DNA of 32,000 bases from Trichodesmium erythraeum IMS101 (GCF_000014265.1 NC_008312.1:5580001-5612000); one strand, 5' to 3'. Shown: positions 18,330-29,371, counted from the stretch's first letter. The notes: generated from the sequence alone by a model not told the origin. Numbers and translations: made by a program.

Positions 18330-20006
18330 ATGACAAACATTGTTGAGATTGCTTCAATCAATAGTTATAAAGGTGGAAAATTAAATGTAACTATTCGTTC
18401 TCAGGCAACCAGAAAGAGCTTAACTGGTAAAATGTGCGAATTTAAAATCGAAACATCAGACCAAGGTACACTTAGAGTATTATGTCGAATCAACTCAGTA
18501 GATATGGCTAACCCTATCCATGAGAATCGTGGTTTTCAACAAGCGATCGCCGATCAAGGCAAACTCCAATATTATTCTGGTGATTGTGATGTAGTAACAG
18601 CAACAGTTGAAATTATTTCATGTATAACAGCAGATAAATTGATACCTACAAGTATTGCTTGTCCTCCACAGTCGGGAACGCCTTTAAGGGAAATAAAAGG
18701 AAATAGTATTATTGACTTTCAACCTGAGAAACAATATAAAGGGACAATTGGAAATTTAATTGATGCACCTGAGATGCCCATGTCAATAACAGTTCGACAC
18801 TTTGGTGCTTATGACAAAGGAGGTTATGGAGAAGCAAAACATAGTGTAGTTTTTGGTCAAAATGGTTCTGGAAAAACTGTTATTGCCTTGGCTAAAATAG
18901 CCTGTGAATTGGTTCAAAATCCGCAAATGGGTTGCTTAATTCCTGATACAGCAGGGGATATTGCTAAACATGGTTCTCATGATAGAGGTGATTTTAAGTT
19001 TAGTTTTTTAGAGTTGCTGGATAAAGGAGGTAGATTAGCCGAACAAATTAATATAGAAGATATTCGTCTAGTTTCCAAAACTTTTTTCAAGCAAATGTTA
19101 ACGCCTATCATCCGACAAAAACTTAATACGATGCCAGATAATGCTACGCGTTTAACAGACAAAATTACCGAAAGCTTATTTGATAAAACAGTTGATATTA
19201 CTAAGGCAACACCTGATGTAATTTTAAACATGATTGTTGAGAATGTAGCGACCGTTTTTTCAACTAAAGCTAAACAAAAGGAAAAAACAGAACAAGCTCA
19301 GGAGCTTACTCAACAACCCCTTAAAAGAGAGTTTATCAAAACTTATAATGCCAACGTCGTTCATTTTTTTGAAGGAAAGTATGCTTTGCCAGAACTCGTT
19401 GATGGTTTTCTTGATAGAGGGCGGGTGATTTTACTCAATATGTCTAAACTATCGGAGCAAGCACAGCGCAGTGTAATGTATGAGATATTTGCTTATGTAA
19501 AATCAAAGTCGGAAAAGGACTATAAAGCTTTTAGTAAAACCCGAAATGGCTTAATTGTTCTTGATGAAGGACCTCGGTGGTGTCCGCAATCAGGTGGAGA
19601 TGAAATAACCAGTACAATAATAGACGCTTACAATACTACCCGAAAGCTGGGTATTGGTTGGATGATTATTTCTCAAAGAATTACTGCTATTGATAAAAAT
19701 ATCTTAGCACAAGCTCATACAAAATTTGTCGGGCGTGGAATGGGTATAGGTGCTGATGCTGAATATATTAGTACTTTATTTGGTAAAGAAGGGTTAGTTA
19801 TGTATGATTCATTAAGACTTAGGGGAGGTTATTTCTGGTTAGCAACAGGACATCAGGTTAACTATGGTCAAGGTTCTCAATATATGGCTTTTGATTCTTT
19901 TGGGGGAAATGCAACAGCTAAGATAATTAAAGCTAATCCTCATATTTGGCAAAATCAAGAAGAGATGTCTTTAGTTGTGGGAAGGGATGATAAAACTTTA
20001 TCCTAA
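18330..20006 (+). CDS. HerA-like (DUF87 / FtsK-HerA superfamily) ATPase
   Basis: 558 aa. The N-terminal region looks like a beta-barrel (HAS-barrel). Walker A, HSVVFGQNGSGKT, lies at 18855-18878. Walker B, LIVLDEGPRW, lies at about 19551-19577. ISQRITAIDKNILAQAHTKFVGR matches the HerA QRP..i...vlsq.. segment. The gene is translationally coupled to the upstream ORF (TAAAATG). Confidence 0.75.
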   Translation: MTNIVEIASINSYKGGKLNVTIRSQATRKSLTGKMCEFKIETSDQGTLRVLCRINSVDMANPIHENRGFQQAIADQGKLQYYSGDCDVVTATVEIISCITADKLIPTSIACPPQSGTPLREIKGNSIIDFQPEKQYKGTIGNLIDAPEMPMSITVRHFGAYDKGGYGEAKHSVVFGQNGSGKTVIALAKIACELVQNPQMGCLIPDTAGDIAKHGSHDRGDFKFSFLELLDKGGRLAEQINIEDIRLVSKTFFKQMLTPIIRQKLNTMPDNATRLTDKITESLFDKTVDITKATPDVILNMIVENVATVFSTKAKQKEKTEQAQELTQQPLKREFIKTYNANVVHFFEGKYALPELVDGFLDRGRVILLNMSKLSEQAQRSVMYEIFAYVKSKSEKDYKAFSKTRNGLIVLDEGPRWCPQSGGDEITSTIIDAYNTTRKLGIGWMIISQRITAIDKNILAQAHTKFVGRGMGIGADAEYISTLFGKEGLVMYDSLRLRGGYFWLATGHQVNYGQGSQYMAFDSFGGNATAKIIKANPHIWQNQEEMSLVVGRDDKTLS

Positions 20007-20691
20007 CCCTGAGTTTTAAAATTCAGATAGGGGGATAATTAAGGTTACACATTTTCTAGGCATAAAAATTCTTATTTGCGTAGCATGACAAACGGCAAGG
20101 TTAGTCTAGGTATAATATATATCAGATATAGTAGCGCTACTTCCTTTTCTCTCAAGTTTATTACTTCAGAGACTTCCCTTTCAAATTTTGGTACAGACTC
20201 TCAGAAAATAAATGTTTGAATTCCAAATAATTGACTATTGACTACAGAATTTATTGATAGCAATTCTATTTTATTTATGTATAAAAAACCTTACTGTTTT
20301 TAGGAAACAAACAACAGGCAATAGGCAACAGGCATGATTTTCAAGTTTTTTATCTACTTTTTTATTTGTCACAACCTATTTAGGATTGCTATATAAAAAA
20401 AATAGATTTATTTGTTTGAATAAATAAACTAAAATCTACTGCAATCAATAGATGTGGAGGTTTTTATTTTAACTGACGTTTTTCGTATAAAATTTATTCT
20501 ATTTGACTTGAAGTGATTTTGCATAAATTTAACCTCCTTAGTCTATGTAAGCAAAAAAATATAAAATATAGTATAATAAAAATACCTAGAGAAATGCTAC
20601 CAACATTTTTCTAGGAAGTCAAGTAAATCCTCAGAGACTTAAAGCTGACTAGGCAATTTATCTGAGGCTCTATAATTTAAATATAGCATAA

Positions 20692-21420
20692 ATGCTACAA
20701 AAAACAAAAAAAGCTGTAGTTACTACAGTTAAAGTTGGTCATATCGAATTTGAAGGCTTAATGCTGCCAAATGGTAGCTATGCAATAGCCATAAGTCAGT
20801 TAGACGCTCTTGGTTTGATCCGACAAAACAAAGCATCAAAAGTTCTGAAAGCTTCGCTAGGAAATAGTTTCCAATTCGACAAAACTATTTCCGAACTAAA
20901 CCCTAGAGCGGTTAATATAATCTCGTTATTGGATTTTGAAAAGCTATTAATCAAGTTAGACAGAAAGGGACATAAACCTGCGCAAGATTTAAGAGATGAG
21001 TTAATTGGTTTATCTTTTAAGCAGGTGTTATCTGAGGCTTTTAGGCAAAAGTTTGAGAAAGATGAGAATCAACAATGGCTCAAAGAGCGTCAAGATGGGA
21101 AATATATGCGACGTACCTTCACTGATTCAATAAAAGACTACATTGAAAATAATCCACAACTATCAAATAACGATAAAACCTGGATATATTCAAATGCTTC
21201 GGATACTCTTAATAAGCTAATGTTTGGGCGAACTGCAAAACAGCTTTGTAAGTCTTATCAATGTAAGAAAGACCAACTTCGTGACCAGTTTGAGCGCAAA
21301 GATATAATAGGCATCCGACGGCTAGAAGAGCATGCAATGAACCTTGTAGATCGTCAAAATGTCCACCCCGTTCAGGCTGTTAAAGAAGCTTTTAGTTTCT
21401 GGGATGGTGCTAGGGTCTGA
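20692..21420 (+). CDS. Phage-associated P63C-domain-like protein (hypothetical)
   Basis: 242-aa intact ORF. The N-terminus VKVGHIEFEGLMLPNGSYAIAISQLDALGL and the central RRTFTDSIKDYI...SNASDTLNKLMFGRTAKQL resemble my memory of P63C-type phage proteins. No search was possible. Confidence 0.4.
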   Translation: MLQKTKKAVVTTVKVGHIEFEGLMLPNGSYAIAISQLDALGLIRQNKASKVLKASLGNSFQFDKTISELNPRAVNIISLLDFEKLLIKLDRKGHKPAQDLRDELIGLSFKQVLSEAFRQKFEKDENQQWLKERQDGKYMRRTFTDSIKDYIENNPQLSNNDKTWIYSNASDTLNKLMFGRTAKQLCKSYQCKKDQLRDQFERKDIIGIRRLEEHAMNLVDRQNVHPVQAVKEAFSFWDGARV

Positions 21421-22126
21421 TTTCTGTAATTGTTGCTTTTGCTGTGGGCATTAAATTTAATTTGATCATATCTTCATTAACAGTTCTCAACTTAAAGGAG
21501 AAAATTCTGCTCAAGAGTCAATAGCTAATATTGTAGGGGTAACTCGGAGTAGATGATATCAAATCTCACAAGCGATAACAGAAGGGGGATATAAGCAAAT
21601 CAAAAAAATGTTAGTTTTGTTTGTAGAGAGTATAAACAAAACTAACATTCCCAAAAAGAGGCTTTCTCTGAGTTACCTGAGGAAGTTAAATGGTTTATTG
21701 AGGAGTAGATTCCAAACTTCCATGAATAGAGAAAGGGGAAAATATAGAGGAAATAGCCCAACAAGTAGAGGTTATGATAGCAAGTTTTGGAGAAAAGATT
21801 CTAGAGCATATCCCAATAAAGACTCTTTTACCCCTAATAAAGTTGTTTTTGGCCCCAATGCCCCCTGCTTTTTGGGAGAATTTGCGATCGCAACTAGACC
21901 CGATACCTATTTGATGTCCTAAAATATTTAAAAATCTAAGTCCTATTATTGATAGGCCTGCTTTGTTATGGCTTAATAGACTTCTAAGTTAGGCTCGCAC
22001 AAGATCCCTATTATATGCGCCGAAAAATATCATATCCTCCCGTAAGGGAGCAAATCTCCTCTATTAAATAATACTAAAATATACTTGTAGTATTATTTGA
22101 CTAATTAGCCATTTAAATAACTAACA

Positions 22127-22346
22127 CTATTCTGATTCAGCTTTTTTATCCAATAAAATCTGATAACCTTTCTGAACTATTTGAGTATTAGGATGTTCAT
22201 CTCCCAACAGCCTCTTAAATATTTCTAATGCTTACAAATACAAAGATTCTACTTCTTTATACCTTCCTTAATTATCATAAAGTGATGCCAAATTATTGAA
22301 GCTACTGGCAACATCAGGATGTTTATCTCCCAACAGCTTCTTATTT
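22127..22346 (-). pseudogene. 3' fragment of a TPR-repeat (TPR_10/12-type) protein gene
   Basis: The minus strand reads KKLLGDKHPDVASSFNNLASLYDN*GRYKEVESLYL*ALEIFKRLLGDEHPNTQIVQKGYQILL...*. These are canonical TPR repeats with two in-frame stops and no upstream continuation. Confidence 0.6.
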
Positions 22347-22466
22347 TATGATTTTGATACCATTTGATACCATACTATACTATTATTTTTATTATTTTAG
22401 ATATGTGTAATTAATTTTGTGTACCTATCTTATAAGTATTGCTTTGGATCAAGCTCAACTACAAAC

Positions 22467-22520
22467 AAAAAAAAGAGAGGAAATCAAAGCTTAATATTTA
22501 AAGTCTCTCTTTTTTTTTTA
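22467..22520. terminator. Weak bidirectional terminator-like structure downstream of mutS
   Basis: The A-run plus AGAGAG (22467-22479) can pair with CTCTCT plus the T-run (22505-22519) across a long loop. It lies about 80 nt 3' of the mutS stop. Confidence 0.25.
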
Positions 22521-22598
22521 CAAAAAAAATTACCTCTGGGTTATTTTTAATTGTTTAATTTTTACCTCTGATAACTGGTAATTATTAACTGATAAACT

Positions 22599-25304
22599 TC
22601 ATAATAAACTATCTCCAAATTCTTCACTAAAAATATCTAACTGCTCCACAGTTATAATTTCTTCCTCTTCTTTTTTATTAATTCCTTTTCGTAAACCAAT
22701 AGCTATTTTGCTATGGTTTTCAATTTGCTGCATTACCTGTCTTGCTCTTGCAATTACTGAATCTGGTAAACCAGCTAATCTTCCCGCTTCAATACCATAA
22801 GACTTATCCGCCCCACCAGGTTGTACTTGATGCAAAAATACAATTTTATCCGGCAATTCTTTCACTGTTACCTGATAGTTTGCCACATTATCCAAAATAG
22901 AAGAAAGTTCATTTAATTCGTGGTAATGAGTAGCAAAAATTGTCCGAGACAAAATTTCCGTTGCCAAATATTCTGCCACTGACCAAGCAATCGAAATTCC
23001 ATCAAAAGTTGCCGTTCCCCTGCCAATTTCATCCAACAAAACCAAAGACTTTTCCGTAGCATGATTCAAAATATTTGCCGTTTCATTCATCTCCACCATA
23101 AAAGTTGATTGACCAGTAGCTAAATCATCCACAGCTCCCACACGAGTAAAGATGCGATCGCTCACCCCTAAAACAGCAGAGCTTGCCGGAACAAAACTGC
23201 CAATTTGTGCCATTAATTGAATCAATCCTACCTGCCGTAAATAACAACTTTTACCACTAGCATTAGGACCAGTTAAAATAATTAAATCCGGCGCCGAATA
23301 GGGAGTAATTCCCGAATTATTTTTCTCTAAATTTTTACTTCCCAATATAGCAGTATTTGGTACAAAAAACCCAGCAGGTAAATATTTTTCTACCACCGGA
23401 TGACGACCTTCAATAATTTTCAATTCTCGGCTATCAACCATAGTAGGACGGACATAATTTTGATAAATTGCTACATCTGCCAAACCACATAAAATATCAA
23501 GAGCTGCCACAGCGCGGGAAACATTTCTAATCTCTTCTGCATATTCCCCTACTTCATTTCTTAAATCAACAAAAATATCATATTCCAGCTCATTCAAATC
23601 ATCTTGTGCCGTTAAAATTCTAACTTCTCTTTCCTTTAATTCCTCAGTAATATAACGCTCCTCATTCGTCAAAGTTTGCTTCCGAGTATAATCATCCGGA
23701 GCCAAATTTGCCTTTGATTTAGAAATACTAATGTAATAACCAAAAGCCTTATTATAACCAACCTTTAAATTAGGAATTCCAGTCCTTTCTCTCTCCGTTG
23801 TCTCCAAAGAAGCAATCCATTTTTGGTCTTCTTCTGCTAACTTCCGCATCTCATCTAATCGTTCATTTATACCAGGGCGAATTAACCCTCCTTCTTTTAA
23901 CTTTTGAGAAGGAGACTCAACTAAATTGGAATGAATTTTTTTTCCCAATTCTTGTAATATTGGTGGTATTTTTTGCAACACCTTTAAATAAGGAGAATTA
24001 CCTTGAGAAACGAAAGTAGAAAGTTCAGGAAGTTTCGTTAAAGAGTCAGCTAAAAAAACTAAATCTCTAGCATTTGCCGTACCAGCACCAGTACGGCCAG
24101 TTAAACGCTCTAAATCGTAAATTTGACGTAATACTCTTTGAATATCTTGACGTAGATCATTATTTTGTATCAGCTCGTCAATAGTATCATGTCTAGCACG
24201 AATACCCTTCAAACTAAGAAGTGGTTGTTGCAACCAACGTCTTAAAGCACGCCCACCCATTGCAGTACTAGTCTTGTCAACTACCGACAACAACGAACCT
24301 TGATAACTACCATCCCGCACCGTTTGAGTAATTTCTAAATTCCGCCGACTCTGGTGATCGAGAATCAAAAAATCTGCCAAAGTATAGCTACGCAAACGTT
24401 GTAAAGGAACTTGATTTTCCTTTTGGGTTTCTTCAAGATATTCCAGTAAACCTCCCGCAGCACGCACCCCCAAAGGAAGACGTTCGCAACCGAGACCTTC
24501 GAGGGATGCCAGTTGAAATTTCATCAACAGTCGCTCCTTTGCCTCCCCCAAACTAAAAGGTTGTTGTGGGCGCAGAGAATAGCAAAAAGAATGAGGGAGA
24601 TATTCCGGTAAATGATCCGATCTTTCTCCTGGCCGTAACATAAAACCTATATCTGGTGCTTTAGTCGGAAATAGCACCTCCGAAGGTTGCAAACGCATTA
24701 ATTCTTGGGTTAGCTGGTCTAAACCTTCAGTTTGAGTCGTGAGAAACTCTCCAGTAGAAATATCCGTGTAAGCAAGTCCCCAATAATTTTTGGCAATAAC
24801 GACTGCAGCTAAATAATTATTGTAGCGTGCTTTCAGCATTCCATCATCGGTAAGAGTGCCGGGAGTAAGGATGCGAGTAATTTCACGCTTGACTTGACGG
24901 TTTTCTTTTTTAGCAATAGCAGAGTCTTCTACTTGATCGCAAACGACCACCGCATAACCTTTTTCTACTAAGAAAGTAGCATATTTTTCTACCGCATGAT
25001 GAGGTACACCAGTCATGGGGACTCTACCAATTTCTTTGCCAGCGTGTTTAGTGGTTTGTACTAGTTCTAATTCTTGCGCGATCGTAACAGCATCCTGAAA
25101 AAAACACTCAAAAAAGTCACCTACTCGAAATAGTAAAAGAGCATGAGAATATTGTTGTTTAACTTCCACATAACGTTGCATCATTTCTGACAGTTTGCTA
25201 ACGTCAATTTTACTATAATCAGCATTAGTAGGAAGAGAATTTTCTAGTTCCTCTTCTTTGGGTTGTGCAGATTTTGGAGTAGATGTAGATGCGGAATATT
25301 TCAT
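22599..25304 (-). CDS. mutS: DNA mismatch repair protein MutS
   Basis: 901-aa ORF. The N-terminal mismatch-binding region has [16 protein letters not shown]. Walker A is [22 protein letters not shown] and [15 protein letters not shown] motifs are present, and the C-terminus has an HTH region. Confidence 0.95.
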   Translation of the reverse strand: MKYSASTSTPKSAQPKEEELENSLPTNADYSKIDVSKLSEMMQRYVEVKQQYSHALLLFRVGDFFECFFQDAVTIAQELELVQTTKHAGKEIGRVPMTGVPHHAVEKYATFLVEKGYAVVVCDQVEDSAIAKKENRQVKREITRILTPGTLTDDGMLKARYNNYLAAVVIAKNYWGLAYTDISTGEFLTTQTEGLDQLTQELMRLQPSEVLFPTKAPDIGFMLRPGERSDHLPEYLPHSFCYSLRPQQPFSLGEAKERLLMKFQLASLEGLGCERLPLGVRAAGGLLEYLEETQKENQVPLQRLRSYTLADFLILDHQSRRNLEITQTVRDGSYQGSLLSVVDKTSTAMGGRALRRWLQQPLLSLKGIRARHDTIDELIQNNDLRQDIQRVLRQIYDLERLTGRTGAGTANARDLVFLADSLTKLPELSTFVSQGNSPYLKVLQKIPPILQELGKKIHSNLVESPSQKLKEGGLIRPGINERLDEMRKLAEEDQKWIASLETTERERTGIPNLKVGYNKAFGYYISISKSKANLAPDDYTRKQTLTNEERYITEELKEREVRILTAQDDLNELEYDIFVDLRNEVGEYAEEIRNVSRAVAALDILCGLADVAIYQNYVRPTMVDSRELKIIEGRHPVVEKYLPAGFFVPNTAILGSKNLEKNNSGITPYSAPDLIILTGPNASGKSCYLRQVGLIQLMAQIGSFVPASSAVLGVSDRIFTRVGAVDDLATGQSTFMVEMNETANILNHATEKSLVLLDEIGRGTATFDGISIAWSVAEYLATEILSRTIFATHYHELNELSSILDNVANYQVTVKELPDKIVFLHQVQPGGADKSYGIEAGRLAGLPDSVIARARQVMQQIENHSKIAIGLRKGINKKEEEEIITVEQLDIFSEEFGDSLL

Positions 25305-25999
25305 AGATATTAAATCGTTTATTGAATTTTATTTAGTCTAATTGTCATTAGACTGTATCAGAAAAATTGTGTGTTACTTTAGATAATAGGAAATAGGAAA
25401 GAAATTACAGAGAAATGTCCTTTAGTATAGGAATTACCCACGCCGAACAAGGAACCAGGTTTATTGCTCTGATTATTTTTTGGCACAACCAAAATTGCCC
25501 ATCATAATCAGGTTTTTGTGTAAATCCTAAGAGAGTAGATGGGAGAGTAGATATTAGTATGATGGGACATCTAATACTTTAAGTGAATGGAATATACTTT
25601 TTTATGCCGATACTACCAGTACTTTGAGATTTTTGAAACTGAAAATATCTTAAAACCAACTATTACCAAGGAATACATCATTCTTGGCTAAAAATTAGAT
25701 GAAATCTAGATACATCAAGAAAACAGCTAATTTAATTGAAAAACATTTCTTAATAACATTTTGACCTTATTTTTAACCTATTTTTTCCTAAAGTCCCACT
25801 ACCAAATTTGATATTACCGCAAACTCCAAATTAATATAGTCCAATTTAAGGAGGTAAATATTTTTTACGTGTTGCTAAATTTAGGGATGAATATAATTAG
25901 GGCGGGCATTCTACCTGCCCAAAAATATAACGAACAACATTTGACCATGAGCATAATTTGTGTCAATGCCTTGAGAATTCATCAGCAAGCCCTAAATAG

Positions 26000-26026
26000 A
26001 AAAAGAGGCCATCATGGTCTCTTTTT
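26000..26026. terminator. Bidirectional intrinsic-terminator-like hairpin
   Basis: AAAAAGAGGCCA-TCA-TGGTCTCTTTTT forms a 12-bp stem (one G-U pair) whose arms incorporate an A-run on one side and a T-run on the other. No adjacent annotated gene end is nearby: apcC ends 640 nt away and mutS starts 700 nt away. Confidence 0.3.
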
Positions 26027-26665
26027 GAAAATTCAGATTCTCTTTGTAGCTAAAGGCCTGGAGATTCTCCTCAGAATAGGATTACCCATTTGCATTCCCC
26101 AACTATAGGCGTTTTATCTTCCAGGGGCAAAATCTTGAGTCCACTTAAATTCAACACTTTGCAACGTTTAATCTAGAGGTGGTTCTGATTTATATAACTG
26201 ATATAAAACAGCACTTGTTTATGATATTTCAATATTTACAAACTACTTTTGTTCTAGGTAAAGCATTTACTGGTCTGAGCGATCATCTTGATTCCATCTT
26301 TGTACTCTTGTACTGGTCATTTATGAAATAATTACCAGTTTTTTTTAATAGCCCCAACCACTATTCCTATAGTTAAATAATCGTAAATATATGCCTTAAT
26401 ACCATTTATGATGTGACTACTTTATTCCTACTTGAGGGAAAGCGCATATATTAACTCCTAATATTTCAATAGCTTCTCTTGAGTTGACAAATTTTACCAC
26501 AATTATGACGAATGAATTACTAGCACACTCGAGACTCTTAGATTAGTAAATTGTCAACTAAGTTATAGCTATCTTCAAAGATTTGTTTTATTGGAAAAAC
26601 TGGTTGACCTATAAAATTTTACTATAAAATTTTAGGGGGAAGCTTTGAACCCAATTATTGGTAAT

Positions 26666-26869
26666 TTAAAGTAACCCAGTATTTGCCCCTTGTTTACCAG
26701 TAGCCAACTCTACCTTGACAATTTTTCCACCCATTTTCATAATTCTTTGCTGTTCTTTGAACCAGTTATCATAAGGAACAAGCTTGGTAAAGTAGGTATT
26801 TTGTAGTTCTCGTTGGGTACGGATCCGAGTTTGACTAGGAACGCAAGCTGTGATCTTAAACATTCTCAT
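26666..26869 (-). CDS. apcC: Phycobilisome core linker polypeptide ApcC (Lc 7.8, CpcD-like domain)
   Basis: The 67-aa sequence MRMFKITACVPSQTRIRTQRELQNTYFTKLVPYDNWFKEQQRIMKMGGKIVKVELATGKQGANTGLL is essentially the canonical ApcC sequence. Confidence 0.93.
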   Translation of the reverse strand: MRMFKITACVPSQTRIRTQRELQNTYFTKLVPYDNWFKEQQRIMKMGGKIVKVELATGKQGANTGLL

Positions 26870-28745
26870 GGTAAAAATTTCTCCTAATATTTGGTCAAGG
26901 TTTTCTTATTTCCTTACACTGATTTCTTTGTTACAAATGCGCTTAGAAGCTCTTAAATATATAGTTTATAAAAATATAGTTACACAAGACAGAATATCCT
27001 GCATGACAGGTATTTTCTTGACTGTGTGAACTACAACAACTATTATCCCATGCTCAGAGACATCAGGAAGCTGCTTTTCTCATAATGTTCAATAATTTTT
27101 CACATTACTATTTGATTAATCCTTTACTGTCGATACTTTATGCATTCCTCTTTTTACAATTTTTCCCTAAAAAAAAAGTGCCTTGATTTTTTGTGCTTTT
27201 CAAATGAAAACCGAAGAAAATCGTTATCTATAAAACTTGCTTTTGAGGTATGAGGTATAGGCATAATATTCTACAATAACTATTACATTTATCTCTACCC
27301 AATACGGCTTTATAAGATTAAATTTAATTAACTTAATTATAAGGGATACAGACAAAATATGAAATATTTCTTTTCCCTAAGTTTACCTTTTGCTTCTCGT
27401 CTTCATCTTGGCCTCTTATCAAAGTTACTCTATATCTGATTAATCAGGATATCAATAATCATTCATATATGCTTTACTGAAATAATCATATATGAATGAA
27501 TTCTTTTTTTAATATCAGCCTTTTCAGTCCTAAGCTTAATTAATGTTTCTAGAGTTAAGATTTTAGGAAGCTTTTAAATTTATTATAGTATTGATTGATA
27601 AATTTTAATAGTCTACCATTTATCAAGAGCGGTTTAATTCCGGCTTGATTAAAAATTTCAGCTCTAGAGCCCATAAAAATATAGCTAAATTGTTTAATCC
27701 GAAACCAATACTGTGGCAACGATTTTTCTTTAGCTCCTATTGTTTTTAAGTAGCTTCATAAATAACTTTAATTGACTTTATAGTTAAGTCTAGGAACGAG
27801 AGGAACTTGTTAGGAATATGAAGTGGGTACTAAGATTTTTAAATAAATCCCAGTTTGGATCATATGAATTATTCCTTGCTTAAATTGCCTCTAGCTGGTG
27901 GCTTGTATCGTCAAATATCGAACATTGCTTCTAGTTTTTTTATTTTAATATCTAAAAACCTTGACTGTTTCTCTTTAAAAAATTCATTCGTTGCTAAAAA
28001 ACTCTTCGGAGTTTCTCTCTAAAATCATCAATAAAAGTTGAGATACTTTAACTAGCATTGCTTAATTGCTTGATAGTCTCCTTGAGATTGCAGTGTTTTT
28101 TGTAGATCATAATAGTGACTATAAGTATTTTCAAATATCTATGACTGACGAACTAAATAATTAGTCTAGCCACATAGAGATTTATATATCAAGAAACTAA
28201 GTCAATCAATTTAAGCCAAAAACAGATGATTTTTATGAATCATAAGTCTTTCAACTAATCTGATAAATCAAGATGTTAAAATTACTAAAGGAGCCAAGCA
28301 CTTAAAAATTTTTATAATTATTTATTATTTAAGTATCAGCCAATTTAACTATACTATTAAACATAAATTCTAGAGATATTAAATCTTGTAGAATATTGAG
28401 TATATCCTTTGTACAAATAAACGAAGATATTTAACATTATTTGACTATATTTGACTATATTTATGTAAACTTTTAATCTACCAGATTACTAGCACCAAAC
28501 ACCATAACTCTAGTAAAAAATCCACTAACGTTACTAAATAACCTCAAACTCAAGTCTAACAATATCCAAGGCAGGGAGCCATAGAATAAATGCTAGTGTA
28601 CTAAAACTTATATGTTCATTCAATAAGCCTTTGGTAATCTAACACTCAATCTAGGTTTCCCTAGCCTAGAAATAAAAAATCAATTAGAACAAAAAAGAAA
28701 ATCAACTCTTTTTTCTATTTTCTATTTTGATGACTGGTTGCTAAA

Positions 28746-29231
28746 TTAGCTTAAACCTGAGCATATATAGTCAAAGTAAACACCCATTTCCCTGCCAGCA
28801 TCAGGACCAACTAAACTAGCAGTAACTTCCTTCATAGCTTGAATAGCCTGCACTGTAGCACCAATGGGTACACCCAGAGAATTATAAGTTTCTTTTAGAC
28901 CATTTAATACGCGCTCGTCTAAAATAGAGGGGTCTCCTGCCAGCATAGCATAAGTAGCATAACGTAGATAATAATCCAAGTCACGAATGCAAGCAGCATA
29001 ACGACGGGTAGTATACATATTACCACCAGGACGAGTAATATCAGAGTAAAGTAGAGCTTTGGCTACAGCGTCCTTAACTATACCTGCAGCATTAGCGCTA
29101 ATAGTAGTTGCAGCTCGAACCCTTAATTGGCCTGTTTGAAAGTAGCTAGAAAGTCTACCTAGAGCATCATTATCAAGGTATTTACCTTGAACGTCAGAAG
29201 AATTGATAACCGCGGTAATTGCGTCTTGCAT
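28746..29231 (-). CDS. apcB: Allophycocyanin beta subunit
   Basis: 161 aa. [20 protein letters not shown]... with the chromophore-site region [16 protein letters not shown] and the C-terminus [10 protein letters not shown]. Confidence 0.95.
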   Translation of the reverse strand: MQDAITAVINSSDVQGKYLDNDALGRLSSYFQTGQLRVRAATTISANAAGIVKDAVAKALLYSDITRPGGNMYTTRRYAACIRDLDYYLRYATYAMLAGDPSILDERVLNGLKETYNSLGVPIGATVQAIQAMKEVTASLVGPDAGREMGVYFDYICSGLS

Positions 29232-29371
29232 TGTTGATTGATTTCCTTAAAATTACTGAATCTGGAAAATTATTAAATAATTAAAGGCCATGAATTTAGA
29301 TGTTTAATCATAGACTTAAACTTGATATTTCAGGAAGTTTTAAATTGTTCAAATATTCCTTGATCATCAAA

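Noticed and set aside
18977-19231. Minus-strand ORF of 84 aa
   Set aside because: It is antisense within the HerA-like ATPase gene.
21608-21922. Plus-strand ORF of 104 aa. A neighbouring frame contains an HTH-like snippet, QESIANIVGVTRSR (~21510-21560).
   Set aside because: The ORF is basic and low-complexity. The surrounding frames are broken, for example LPEEVKWFIEE followed by stops. It is probably debris of a decayed gene and not callable.
23798-24019. Plus-strand ORF of 73 aa
   Set aside because: It is antisense within mutS.
25869-26108. Plus-strand ORF of 79 aa in the mutS-apcC gap
   Set aside because: It has no SD and no motif, and it spans the terminator-like hairpin at 26000-26026.
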